Origin: Nitrospirota bacterium
GTDB lineage: Bacteria > Nitrospirota > Nitrospiria > Nitrospirales > NS-4
Assembly: GCA_963788195.1 (NCBI GenBank)
Contig: CAWBGA010000017.1
Span: forward strand, 64,001 to 128,000
Direction: 5' to 3'
DNA: 64,000 bases
Shown: positions 1 to 9,285 of the stretch, piece after piece
How positions within the stretch are numbered: the first letter of the stretch is position 1
Layout of the letters: every line of letters begins with the position of its first letter
Made by a program: the position numbers and the translations under genes
Notes under the pieces: model-generated
Databases searched by the model: none
What the model saw: the letters and a program-made list of their open reading frames with translations, nothing else
What the model was told of the DNA's origin: nothing

Positions 1-69
1 TCTTGCCACGCCGCCGTCCGTTGACTGGGACGGCGTGTACGAATTGCATACCAAGTAAGGGAGGCTGCC

Positions 70-579
70 GTGAACGTGCGACACCCGGTACGCATTGTCA
101 TCCCCATCCTGATTTTGCTGAGCGCTGTCGTGAGTGCTGCCTGGGCGGAGACGGTCTTCGTCCAAGCAAAAACGGCGCAACTCCGTGCGGGAAAAACGTC
201 CTTGGATCCGGTCGTTGCCAATGTTAAGTACGGCGAGCCCTTGCAAGTACGCAAGACTGAAGGCAAGTGGATGGAGGTCGAGACTCGCTCGGGCAGCACG
301 GGATGGATCTTTGCGAATAAGACAACCACGGTAAAGCCCTCCGGAGGCGAAGACGAACTCTCCAGGCTGGGCCGAAGTGTTCGAGGCAAAGAGGCCTCCG
401 ACGCAACCGCGTCCGCGGGAGCTCGCGGGCTGGACAAGGTCGCAGAGGGATACGCCAATAATTCCCGGATTCCGCAGCGCTACCGCGACGCCGTGGATCG
501 CATGACCGCTTATAAAGTCACGGACCAGGAAGTCGAAGACTTCCTCAAGAAGGGGGAGCTCAGCGAGTATGCGAAATAA
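70..579 (+). CDS. Secreted SH3b-domain protein
   Basis: GGAGG RBS before the GTG start; signal peptide ending AWA; SH3b-like segment (LRAG...VKYGEPLQV...W.EV....G..GWI); C-terminal TASAGARGL motif. Confidence 0.75.
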   Translation: MNVRHPVRIVIPILILLSAVVSAAWAETVFVQAKTAQLRAGKTSLDPVVANVKYGEPLQVRKTEGKWMEVETRSGSTGWIFANKTTTVKPSGGEDELSRLGRSVRGKEASDATASAGARGLDKVAEGYANNSRIPQRYRDAVDRMTAYKVTDQEVEDFLKKGELSEYAK

Positions 580-1431
580 AACCAATCGGCACAGCAGCCC
601 TGGCCCTCGTCATGATCGGAATGGTCGCAGGGTGCCCGGAATTCCGCCAGGTGGCCGAGGACACCGCCGCACGATCAGGAGATAAGCGTCTGGCAAAGAC
701 GATTCATGGAACCGGCACGCTCATCGGCGGCCTGCTCCCGATCGGATATGAAGAGGAACAATCCATCGGGGAGGCCATCGCCTTGCAGGTCGTCGCCCGA
801 TCCGGCGGCGTGGTGGAGCAACCTGAACTTACTCGATACGTCAACCTCGTCGGCCGAGCCGTGGCGGCGACCTCCGATCGTCCTGACATACCCTATCGCT
901 TCGCCGTGTCTGAATGATGAGTCCATCAATGCCTTTGCGGCTCCGGCGGGATATGTGTTCGTCACAAACGGCCTGCTCAAACAGGTGCGCAATGAAGCCG
1001 AACTGGCAGGGGTTTTAGGGCATGAAATCGCCCATGTGAGTCAAAAACACATCCTCGAGGTGATTCAGCGAAGTAAGCAGCTCGCCGGCCTGTCCGAGGC
1101 CGGACTCGCCTATGCTAACCAGAATCCTCAAGCTTTTAAAAATGTCATTGATGCGGCCGTCAAGAAACTGTTGGACGAAGGGCTCGATCAGGATAAAGAA
1201 ATCGAAGCGGATGCGTTAGGAGATGTCTTTGCCGCCCGGGTCGGCTATGACCCGACCGCGTACCCGGCCTTATTGACACGCCTCCGCGCATTGAAAGGCG
1301 ATGATCGCGCCTTCTTCAAGACCCATCCAAACTTCAGCGCGCGGATCGACGCGGTGCAGAAGACGATTCAGGCCCAAGGCTTAAAGGCAAACGGGGTGCT
1401 TCTGGCCGAGCGATTCGCACGCCGATCCTAA
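569..1431 (+). CDS. M48-family (YfgC/BepA-like) zinc metalloprotease lipoprotein, split by apparent indels near 575 and 909
   Basis: ORFs 612-917 and 706-1431 join as YRFAV-LNDESINAFAAPAG; HEIAH (HExxH) and EIEAD motifs; lipobox-like VAGC; the ATG at 569 is one frame off the signal peptide. Confidence 0.8.
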
Positions 1432-1432
1432 A

Positions 1433-1855
1433 CTAAAGGTCTTGGCAGGCGCTGCACCGCTTCGGTTCTTCCCCTGCGCTGAGTTCCTGCTGAGTGACAG
1501 AAAACGGGAGTTGGCAAAGTTCGCAGGCCCGGACTTCGAAAATGGGCTGGCCCTGATCGTCAAACCGCGTCGGCAGAAGTAAATCGGCCGGATCATATCC
1601 TAACAGAACATTGTCGGGAAACTTTACCACGGCCAAACGCACGTTAAATTTTTCCCAGCTTGCGATTTGGCCCTTTCTCGTAAGCGGATGATCAGCTGTC
1701 ACATAGACCGGCTGGCCATATCGTCGATGGCGGAGATCCCGAAGATTCCGGGCGTCCGAGGTTGCCACTGCGTATCCCGTGGCCTGCGCAAATCGTCCTT
1801 CCTCACGACCCATCCGATCTCCATGAGCCACGAAATAGGCGCGGCCGCGCTGCAT
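1433..1855 (-). CDS. Hypothetical protein with C-terminal zinc ribbon
   Basis: 140-aa ORF ending in CELC...CSAC; start uncertain. Confidence 0.55.
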   Translation of the reverse strand: MQRGRAYFVAHGDRMGREEGRFAQATGYAVATSDARNLRDLRHRRYGQPVYVTADHPLTRKGQIASWEKFNVRLAVVKFPDNVLLGYDPADLLLPTRFDDQGQPIFEVRACELCQLPFSVTQQELSAGEEPKRCSACQDL

Positions 1856-1927
1856 CTATATCATCCGATGCCGCAGGGGTCAAGGGAGCCGCAGAGCTTG
1901 ACAATTCGGGACGTTCATTGCTATCAG
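1855..1927. promoter_or_regulatory. Back-to-back sigma70-like promoters
   Basis: Plus strand TTGACA(1898)-N18-TATCAG with extended TG; minus strand TTGACC-N17-TATAGA; lies between divergent genes. Confidence 0.4.
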
Positions 1928-1952
1928 GAACATTCACTGTAATGGGAACATT

Positions 1953-2303
1953 ATGGAAAAGTTGACGGTGTATCAAAAGCCCACATGCTCGAAATGCCGC
2001 GAGACACTGGCTATTTTACGCGAGGCAAAAGCAAACTTTGACACTGTGGATTATTTCGCCGCTCCTATGTCGGTAGCGACCCTTAGACGTTTGGTGAAAA
2101 AACTGGGGGTAAGTCCGCGGGAAATCATACGGACCGGCGAAGAGATCTACAAGCGATTAGACCTGAATACTAAAGAGGTGTCGGACGATGAACTCATCAA
2201 GATCATGGTTGTCTATCCGGATCTGATTCAGCGCCCGATTATCGAAAAAGGCGACATGGCGGTTCTAGGTCGCCCGCCCGAAAAGGTGAAGGAGCTTCTA
2301 TAA
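1953..2303 (+). CDS. arsC: ArsC/Spx-family (glutaredoxin-type arsenate reductase-like) protein
   Basis: N-terminal YQKPTCSKCR and C-terminal PDLIQRPII...LGRPPE, typical of the ArsC/YffB family. Confidence 0.8.
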   Translation: MEKLTVYQKPTCSKCRETLAILREAKANFDTVDYFAAPMSVATLRRLVKKLGVSPREIIRTGEEIYKRLDLNTKEVSDDELIKIMVVYPDLIQRPIIEKGDMAVLGRPPEKVKELL

Positions 2304-2337
2304 AAAAAGGGCCGGGGGTCTTCCTCCGGCCCTTTTT
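2302..2337. terminator. Bidirectional rho-independent terminator
   Basis: AAAAAAAGGGCCGG...CCGGCCCTTTTT hairpin with A and T tracts between convergent arsC and hup. Confidence 0.8.
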
Positions 2338-2356
2338 CTAGCGCCCCGGAACAGCA

Positions 2357-2644
2357 CTATTTCTTCAGTAAGACGGCATCTTTACAGGCTTTCGCCACAC
2401 GGAATTTCACGACTCGTTTCGCGGGAATCTTAAGCGGCTCACCGGTTTGGGGATTCCGTCCCATCCGAGCCTTTCGGTTCATCAGCACCAGTTTACCAAG
2501 ACCGGGCAATGTGAAGCTATTCTTAGCCTCTTTATGGGCAAGAGAAGCCAGATCGTCTAAAAATTGCCCTGCGGCTTTCTTGGTGATCCCCGCCTTACCG
2601 GCCATGTGTTCGGTAATTTGGGACTTCGTCATCGCTTTCGCCAT
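2357..2644 (-). CDS. hup: HU family DNA-binding protein
   Basis: MTKSQ...LPGLGKL...RKARMGRNPQTGEPLKIPAKRVVKF signature; AAAGGAG RBS upstream of the ATG at 2644. Confidence 0.95.
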   Translation of the reverse strand: MAKAMTKSQITEHMAGKAGITKKAAGQFLDDLASLAHKEAKNSFTLPGLGKLVLMNRKARMGRNPQTGEPLKIPAKRVVKFRVAKACKDAVLLKK

Positions 2645-3087
2645 ACGCACTCTCCTTTCGATTAGAGACCGCCTCGCGGCCCGTTAGATCTTAACCCTCA
2701 TGAAGGACGACTGTATCTGTTTGTTTAAAGAACCTTGGGGAAAAAGAAACACGTGCAACCACGACGTCGCGCTTTCTCTGAAACAATCGGTGATGATCGC
2801 GCAGAAACTATACCAAAGAGTTAGCTACCGAACCCTAGTCAAAACATGAGCAGAAGTGGCATCCGACCCGCATTATATGCGGGAAACGGCGCTGACTGTA
2901 CCGAAGGGCGACAGGGAATGCAAGAGGAAAGAAACATAATTTATTTTTGCTTTTGCGCTGACCCATTTGACACCTAGAGCAAACGGCAGGCCAGTGCAAC
3001 TTTCACGATTCTACAATCGCACGCGTCGTCTCGCCGCATGCTCGACATGCGTCCGAAGCCGCGGCGCGCGTCACTCAGCCTAAACAG

Positions 3088-5181
3088 TCAGGAGGCAACT
3101 CTCTCGAGTACCGCATGGAGGTCCACTCCGGACGAAGACCGAAGAGGCGCCCAGAGATCTCCCAAGGCCTGGACACGTTTGGGCAGGGTTTTGATTGTGA
3201 AGTCTTGCGGCTCGAGGCCATCGTCTACTTCTTTCCAGGTTAAAGGCGCGGATGCCCCTGCGAATTCGCTGGCACGAGCGCTGTAAGCCGTCGCCAGTGT
3301 CTTGCCGCGAATGTTTTGAAGATAGTCTATGTATACCTTGCGGCCTCGGGCGCGCACCGCGCGCTCGACCGTAGCCAACTTCGGATGCTTGGCCGCCACC
3401 ATCGTCGCAATGATTTGACAAAACAGGCGGCCCGTTTCATAGGTGGTCCTTCGGGGTAACGGAATGTAGATGTGAAGCCCTGAGGCCCCCGAGGTCTTCG
3501 GAATGTTCGGGATACCGAATCGAACCAGCTCGTCGCGTATCCAACGGGCGACGTCAAGGACGCGGGCGAAGGCCACCCCCGGCATTGGATCCAAATCCAG
3601 AGCCGCGTAGTCCGCGAAGTCCGGCGATGCAACCCGCGAGAACCAGGGGTCCTGGGAAATCACTCCGAGCTGCGCCATGTACAAAAGGGTGATGAGAGAC
3701 CCGCCAATCAGTCGGCTGGGAACTTCCGTGTCGCCTGGCAGCACTTCGACACGCACATGTGGTGGAACTTCTTGGGGGGCGCGTTGCTGGTAAAAGGCGG
3801 GCCTTCTGACTCCATTAGGAAAGCGCTTCATGACAACCGGCCGCTCATCCACAAGAGGCAGCAGCACGGAAGCTACACGCACGTAGTAGCGCATGAGATC
3901 GCCCTTGGTCAGTTTCACGCCGGGCCAGAATATCTTCTTGAGATTGCTGACGGGTAGCTGCCGTCCGCCGGGGAGCTGGAGCGTGCCGTGTCCCTTCCCT
4001 CCTTCAAGCTCGTCTAGGTCATGAACGAGGCGATCGATGTCGGGCGTGGCGTGCGATGCCACCCCCTGCTTCAGGGGACCGTGGGCCTGGCGAACGATGC
4101 CCGCACAGCCTCGAGCCGTGGACGCCAGATGCAATTTCGGCGTAGGCTCGCGATGTACAGTCTGCGGCGCCACATCTTCTCGTAGTCCTAAGTAGGTTGG
4201 GTGCCGGAGTTTGGCGTCCGCCGTCCACTCCGTAAACTTAATTTCCGCGACCAGATTCGGAGCCGTCCAATGAGGCCGCTCGTTGGTTTTAGGCCGGTGT
4301 TCAAAAGGACACGCAGGAGTTTCGATCTTCCGCAACAGCGCATAGACGCGCGCGAGCTCGGCATGGTTGAAACCAGTGCCGGTATGACCAACATATTGTA
4401 GTGCCCCATCCTTGTAGACCCCAAGTAACAGCGCCCCGAAAAGGGGTCGCGAGTCACGCGGCTCTGTCCAGCCGCCAATCACGAACTCCTGGCGTCTCAC
4501 GAGCTTCAACTTCCGCCAGTCGGGACTCCGACGGCCTGCGCGATAAGGCGATTCCGCCCTCTTGGCGATGAGGCCTTCCCAACCCTGGGTCAATGCAGTC
4601 TCAAAGAGAGTTCGGCCGTCCCCTGGGACAAACTCACTGAGGCGCAAAGCGTCCCCGCCTGCGGATCCGACGATTCTCTCCAACCGCGCTCGTCGAGTCG
4701 TGAGCGGTAAGCCCCGCAGATCTTCGGGGCCATCGCGCAGTACGTCGAACACGATTAGAGCCACTCTGGTGGCCTGCACTCCTGCAGGTGCTGTTTCCGG
4801 TCGCTCAGTGAGGTGGATACGGCCCTGTAGCTGCTGGAAACCCGCCGGCACACCTTTTTCATCGAGAGCGACGATTTCGCCGTCTAGTAGGACAGGAGCC
4901 TTGAGATTTCGTCGGAAACGATTAAGCGGTCGCACGAGCTCCGGAAATTGTGTCGTCTTTTCATTCCCCAGTCGAGACCAGATGCGCACCCCGCCCGCTT
5001 GGCTTCCCGGCAGAACTTCCACGAGCGCCCGGATGCCATCATACTTCGGTTCATAGACCAGCTGAGGGTCACACAGAGAGGCCTCCTCCAGCGCCGCGAG
5101 CATCGGGCGGACGTCCGAGGCCTGTTCCTGCCAGGGCGAAATTGAAACGGACGAAGTGCGCGGCGGTCGTAGCTGCGGCAC
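3088..5181 (-). CDS. ligD: DNA ligase D (ATP-dependent ligase + primase-polymerase domains)
   Basis: EPKYDGIR adenylation motif, EGLIAK, W.K.K; C-terminal POL domain with DLDP, KTSGASGLHIY, IDYLQN. Confidence 0.92.
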   Translation of the reverse strand: MPQLRPPRTSSVSISPWQEQASDVRPMLAALEEASLCDPQLVYEPKYDGIRALVEVLPGSQAGGVRIWSRLGNEKTTQFPELVRPLNRFRRNLKAPVLLDGEIVALDEKGVPAGFQQLQGRIHLTERPETAPAGVQATRVALIVFDVLRDGPEDLRGLPLTTRRARLERIVGSAGGDALRLSEFVPGDGRTLFETALTQGWEGLIAKRAESPYRAGRRSPDWRKLKLVRRQEFVIGGWTEPRDSRPLFGALLLGVYKDGALQYVGHTGTGFNHAELARVYALLRKIETPACPFEHRPKTNERPHWTAPNLVAEIKFTEWTADAKLRHPTYLGLREDVAPQTVHREPTPKLHLASTARGCAGIVRQAHGPLKQGVASHATPDIDRLVHDLDELEGGKGHGTLQLPGGRQLPVSNLKKIFWPGVKLTKGDLMRYYVRVASVLLPLVDERPVVMKRFPNGVRRPAFYQQRAPQEVPPHVRVEVLPGDTEVPSRLIGGSLITLLYMAQLGVISQDPWFSRVASPDFADYAALDLDPMPGVAFARVLDVARWIRDELVRFGIPNIPKTSGASGLHIYIPLPRRTTYETGRLFCQIIATMVAAKHPKLATVERAVRARGRKVYIDYLQNIRGKTLATAYSARASEFAGASAPLTWKEVDDGLEPQDFTIKTLPKRVQALGDLWAPLRSSSGVDLHAVLERVAS

Positions 5182-5290
5182 GTCATGTTCTCGCGTGATG
5201 ACTCTAGGTCACGCTAACGGCTCACACCCTAGCTGTCAAGATAGCTCACGAAGGAAAAGCCTAGCGGAAGGGTCAGTAACGAGCTGAGGA

Positions 5291-5317
5291 GGGCCGCGCT
5301 CCCAGCGAGCGCGGCCC
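5291..5317 (-). terminator. GC-rich hairpin downstream of the RRM gene
   Basis: GGGCCGCGCTC-N5-GAGCGCGGCCC perfect 11-bp stem; weak U tract. Confidence 0.5.
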
Positions 5318-5344
5318 GGACTGCATCAATCCTGCAAAAATAAC

Positions 5345-5674
5345 TTAGAAGCGGCCGCCCCGATCACTCCTGCCGCCTCCGCCGCCCCCGCCACCGCCAA
5401 AGCGCGAGCCACCGGCAGACCGGTTTTCTTGGGGTTTGGCCTCATTCACGGTCAATGACCGCCCGTCCAACTGAGTGCCGTTGAGCGCGGTAATGGCCTT
5501 CTTGGCCTCTTCCGGCGAGGACATCTCCACAAATCCGAACCCCCGTGACTGCCCCGTATACTTGTCCGTGATGACTTTCGCCGAGACGACGGTCCCATGC
5601 TGCGTGAACAGATCCTGAAGCTGCTGTTCTGTGATAGCATAAGGCAATCCGCCGACGTATAACTTAGCGCTCAT
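5345..5674 (-). CDS. RRM RNA-binding protein with Gly-rich tail
   Basis: RNP2 LYVGGL and RNP1 RGFGFVEM; AGGAGG RBS. Confidence 0.95.
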   Translation of the reverse strand: MSAKLYVGGLPYAITEQQLQDLFTQHGTVVSAKVITDKYTGQSRGFGFVEMSSPEEAKKAITALNGTQLDGRSLTVNEAKPQENRSAGGSRFGGGGGGGGGRSDRGGRF

Positions 5675-6025
5675 ACTTCCTCCTGTCTATGAATTGACAT
5701 TGTCTTGAGGATACTGGAAAGAGCGGGAATGACAGCCGGGACGGGTAGCACTCGCCGGACACACTGACTTCCGTGCAGATTCCTTGCCGCAAGGCAACAT
5801 CGGGTACAAGGGCCTTCAGTTCATCGCCACCCCCGCCCCACAGAGGCGGCTTCTGACAACTACCATACACAGAATAAAAAATGCAAGCACCCCGGGCGGC
5901 CGACCCGCTTAGGACCTCTTTCCGATCGTTTTCTTCCCTGGAAGAACTGCCAACCCATCTCTGGTGCTTCCCCTGATCCACAACGGTCCGGCGTAGGCAA
6001 AGTGGTTCTCTGGAAAGTTGTCGTC

Positions 6026-6069
6026 CTGGAGCCGGCGAGTGGGATTGAACCACCGACCTGCTGATTACG
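6026..6069. repeat. att-type direct repeat: copy of the 3' half of tRNA-Thr
   Basis: CTGGAGCCGGCGAGTGGGATTGAACCACCGACCTGCTGATTACG is identical to 9116-9159 (44 bp) and ends at the anticodon. Confidence 0.92.
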
Positions 6070-6378
6070 TACTGGTTCAAGGGCCAAGTCTCTCACGGAT
6101 TTGGCCCGTTACCTATGCAGGCTGCTGCAACAGACAGCAGATTTTTCGCAATACCCGCAAGTATCCGCAACCGGTATCCCTCCCAACAAACGATAGCGAG
6201 AGCACAGTCCGCGCCTCCTTTTGATCCCCAAGGGGAGAGATCTGTGTTCTCAAACGCTATAACTTTTTACGGAAGCAGCCAGAATCCGCGCCATGGCATC
6301 GTAGTATGCGGGAAACGTGCAGCTTCTTCGAAGGTTTAGTTGGGCATCGGCGTCGCCCCTGCTCAAAGCACATATCAT

Positions 6379-7611
6379 TCACAGCGTACTTCGATCGTGC
6401 CGAGATATATTGGTACTACATCCGTAGGTATGATCAAGCACTTCATGGTACATCTTAACCATGTCCTTTGTGCGATGTTGGGGGGAAAAGGCCCGGATCA
6501 CATGCTCTTTTCCCAAAGCTTCTCCTTGGCTGCGCCAGTCGTCATTGCGGCACACTTTGATAATGATTTCTGTCAGGGCAGGAGCATTCCCTGACGGGAC
6601 AAGGTATTGCGATAGTGCTCCTTGCATGACTTCTGGAATACCCCCGACACATGTTGCGACAACGGCCTTTCCATACAATAGCGCCTCGAGCAACACATTC
6701 GGCAGTCCCTCACTTAACGACGGAATCACCACCAGATCGACTGCTGCATACACGGGCGCAATATCAGTACAATGTCCTGCAAAGGACACATGTTGACTGA
6801 GTCCTTGCCTCCTGACCTTTTTTTGTAATTGGGACCTTTGAGGTCCATCACCAATAAATACTGCGTGGCTCTCAGGAATCCGACGCACGATAGCCGCAAA
6901 CGCATCCAGAAAAATGTCGTGTCCTTTTTCACGACTCAAACGTCCAATGACCCCTATCAAAAACCGTTGCGACAATTGCAGATACTGATTGCGAAAGGAG
7001 ACTCCTGAGCCACAGGGGTAATCTAGTGGATCTATAGCATTATGGATCACGCGGATGCGATCTGGACAGACTCCTGTCTGTTGCAGCATGTGACCGGTCG
7101 CTTGCGAGACGGCCACGACAGCATTTGCCCTTTTCATGAGCCATTTATCTAGGTGTGTATATACGTCAATGTTCAGGTTTTCATCGGTATAGCCATGTGC
7201 AAATGCCACCCAGTGACAGGGTATCATCTTGCGAAGAATCCACGAGACCAGTGCGGGCTTATAGCTATGAGATTCCAGTATATTAACGCCCCATGCTTGC
7301 ACCATACGCTTTATCCGAAAAATGGTGCTTATATCACTTCGTCCTTGTTGGCGGATGATTTCGACATGAAAACCACGACGTCTGGCTTCGTCGATTGCTG
7401 GTGTCGTCTGAAAGCCAGGCAGCAAAAACATCCCTATGATGAAACGAACGTTCAGATCTTTAGCATGGCTGATTACCTGGTATAACTCACGGCAGGGACC
7501 ACTGACCTCATTCGCTGCGATTAATGCTAACACTGTTGGTATTGTCGTTCTCTTCTTCATGACAGGACCCACCGCGATTGTACTGAGGATGGAGCGTAGC
7601 CGTCCTGCCAT
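6379..7611 (-). CDS. Glycosyltransferase family 4 (GT-B); start may be the ATG at 7560
   Basis: IGRLSREKG, IGDGP, PSLSEGLPNVLLEAL (E-x7-E), VGGIPE motifs. Confidence 0.9.
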   Translation of the reverse strand: MAGRLRSILSTIAVGPVMKKRTTIPTVLALIAANEVSGPCRELYQVISHAKDLNVRFIIGMFLLPGFQTTPAIDEARRRGFHVEIIRQQGRSDISTIFRIKRMVQAWGVNILESHSYKPALVSWILRKMIPCHWVAFAHGYTDENLNIDVYTHLDKWLMKRANAVVAVSQATGHMLQQTGVCPDRIRVIHNAIDPLDYPCGSGVSFRNQYLQLSQRFLIGVIGRLSREKGHDIFLDAFAAIVRRIPESHAVFIGDGPQRSQLQKKVRRQGLSQHVSFAGHCTDIAPVYAAVDLVVIPSLSEGLPNVLLEALLYGKAVVATCVGGIPEVMQGALSQYLVPSGNAPALTEIIIKVCRNDDWRSQGEALGKEHVIRAFSPQHRTKDMVKMYHEVLDHTYGCSTNISRHDRSTL

Positions 7612-7676
7612 AGCGGGTCAGCGTCACTCATACGAAGGCACTCTGTCAGATGCCCAGTGCCGGTTCATGTCCGCTA

Positions 7677-8486
7677 TCATGGACACCTTGGGGGAACTTC
7701 TGATTCTATGCTCGTTGGAAAGAAGCCATGAATGCCATAGCTCACCACGCCGGCGTTCGCGAGTGCATCGATAAGCTCAGGTGCAAGAAAGCGCGCATTG
7801 GGATCACGCTCGGCTCTGGCGCGTGATTCGACAAGGCAAAACTGTTCGGTTTCGGCGTCTGCGATTCCGAACGTGAAGAAAACAGAGAGCTTGGGTGCCT
7901 TACGCATGACTTGCCAATAGAGTTCCTTGATCTCAAGTCCGAGCTGCGGACGACGGAGTCTTCGGGTGATGCGATACAGTGCGTATTCCAGAAAGTCGGG
8001 AAATTGACCGGCATGAGTCAGACGTGGATCGAAGAAGACTATATCACCGGCTCGAGTTGGGACAGAAGTGATCTCGCCGGACATGAGCGAAGGTGATCGG
8101 TGCGAGGTCAGACGTACTTTCAATCCTCGTCCATCGGAGGTGTGATCCTGCAAATAGATACCGGTGCGACAAAGACGGAAATCGCAGACATCCTTGTGCC
8201 AGTCACCTAGCATGTTCATGTGGGCATCGCAATTGCCAGTAAACACTATCTGCGGCGTACCGAAGAGTTCGCGGAAGATGGCAAGGAGAGGCGGATGTTT
8301 GAAAATCCAGGAGATTCCAGGGATCTCTATCGCCGCGCTGGGTTGGTGTTTCCCGAGGTACTCAGGCACCCATCGTTGGGAGAAGTGTCCCAGCAGCGTC
8401 TCCCGTAAGCGTCCGATCTCCGTTGCACTGAGTACATTCTGCACAACGACATAGCCATCACGCTCTAGCATCTCTCTCCGTGTCAT
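7677..8486 (-). CDS. Phytanoyl-CoA dioxygenase (PhyH)-like Fe(II)/2-oxoglutarate oxygenase
   Basis: N-terminal ERDGYVVVQNVLS; facial triad WHKD...HAG; GDIVFFD; AAAAGGAG RBS. Confidence 0.75.
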   Translation of the reverse strand: MTRREMLERDGYVVVQNVLSATEIGRLRETLLGHFSQRWVPEYLGKHQPSAAIEIPGISWIFKHPPLLAIFRELFGTPQIVFTGNCDAHMNMLGDWHKDVCDFRLCRTGIYLQDHTSDGRGLKVRLTSHRSPSLMSGEITSVPTRAGDIVFFDPRLTHAGQFPDFLEYALYRITRRLRRPQLGLEIKELYWQVMRKAPKLSVFFTFGIADAETEQFCLVESRARAERDPNARFLAPELIDALANAGVVSYGIHGFFPTSIESEVPPRCP

Positions 8487-8597
8487 GTTGGGTCTCCTTT
8501 TACAAGGGAGGAGTCGGTGCGCAAGAACTTGCTCCGTTCACGGCGGATTGTGGCAGCAGTAGCATCAATCGTGTTCCTGAGATGGCTAGGCCTGATG

Positions 8598-8801
8598 TTA
8601 CTGGTTCCCCTCGGAAGGCACTGCCAACAAAACGACAATCCAGTGGCGAGATGGCTTCTGATGTCCCCCTCCTTGGGGCTGAGGGCCAAGGCAGAAATTC
8701 TCGCAGCATTGAGGGGAATTGTAGGACGCCGCCCAACATGCGGAGGACACCGCCGTGAGCAAACTAACAAGAATGAGAGACCTTACGAGTTGATCGCGCA
8801 T
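8598..8801 (-). CDS. Putative small secreted Cys-containing peptide (67 aa)
   Basis: Signal-peptide-like MRDQLVRSLILVSLLTAVSSACWA followed by ASYNSPQCCENFCLGPQPQGGGH; purine-rich upstream sequence; same strand as the island cargo. Confidence 0.35.
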   Translation of the reverse strand: MRDQLVRSLILVSLLTAVSSACWAASYNSPQCCENFCLGPQPQGGGHQKPSRHWIVVLLAVPSEGNQ

Positions 8802-9116
8802 TCCTTTACCCCTATGCAAAAAAATGATAGCTGTGGCGCGCTCTTCTCCTCGTCGTGTGTAGTCGGAAAGCGGAACGCGGTAACGTAGGCAAAGCAGGCG
8901 GGGTTCGAAGGACCCTTCCCTGGTCTTTCAACGGCCTCCGTGCCGCATACATTGGATCAGGAATGGCGGAGGATTGCTCTGATCTTTGGGAGTATAACCA
9001 GTACTGGTTTCCCTGACGAAGAGTTTCTGAAAATCATCTGCGAGAACGCGTCTTAGACAAAGTGGGCGGAAGGAACGTCAGAGGAAAGCGTTGAGTGGCA
9101 AAGCTGTTGATTTGTC

Positions 9117-9191
9117 TGGAGCCGGCGAGTGGGATTGAACCACCGACCTGCTGATTACGAATCAGCTGCTCTACCACTGAGCTACGCCGGC
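9117..9191 (-). tRNA. tRNA-Thr (anticodon CGT)
   Basis: Reverse complement GCCGGCGTAGCTCAGTGGTAGAGCAGCTGATTCGTAATCAGCAGGTCGGTGGTTCAATCCCACTCGCCGGCTCCA folds as a cloverleaf with encoded CCA. Confidence 0.97.
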
Positions 9192-9285
9192 TGCTGGCAA
9201 TACTGAAGAAACTTTCGCATCTTACGGAGAGGTTGTCAACGCCGGGTTGGCATGAGTCACGGGATGAACGCTACGAATTGGACGA

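Larger units (their letters stand above)
6026..9159. mobile_element. About 3.1-kb genomic islet integrated at tRNA-Thr(CGT); no integrase found
   Basis: Flanking 44-bp direct repeats; the glycosyltransferase is visibly more AT-rich than the flanks. Confidence 0.8.

Noticed and set aside
6026..6069. Second tRNA-Thr gene
   Set aside because: Only the 3' half is present; the D arm and 5' acceptor strand are missing, so it is an att site.
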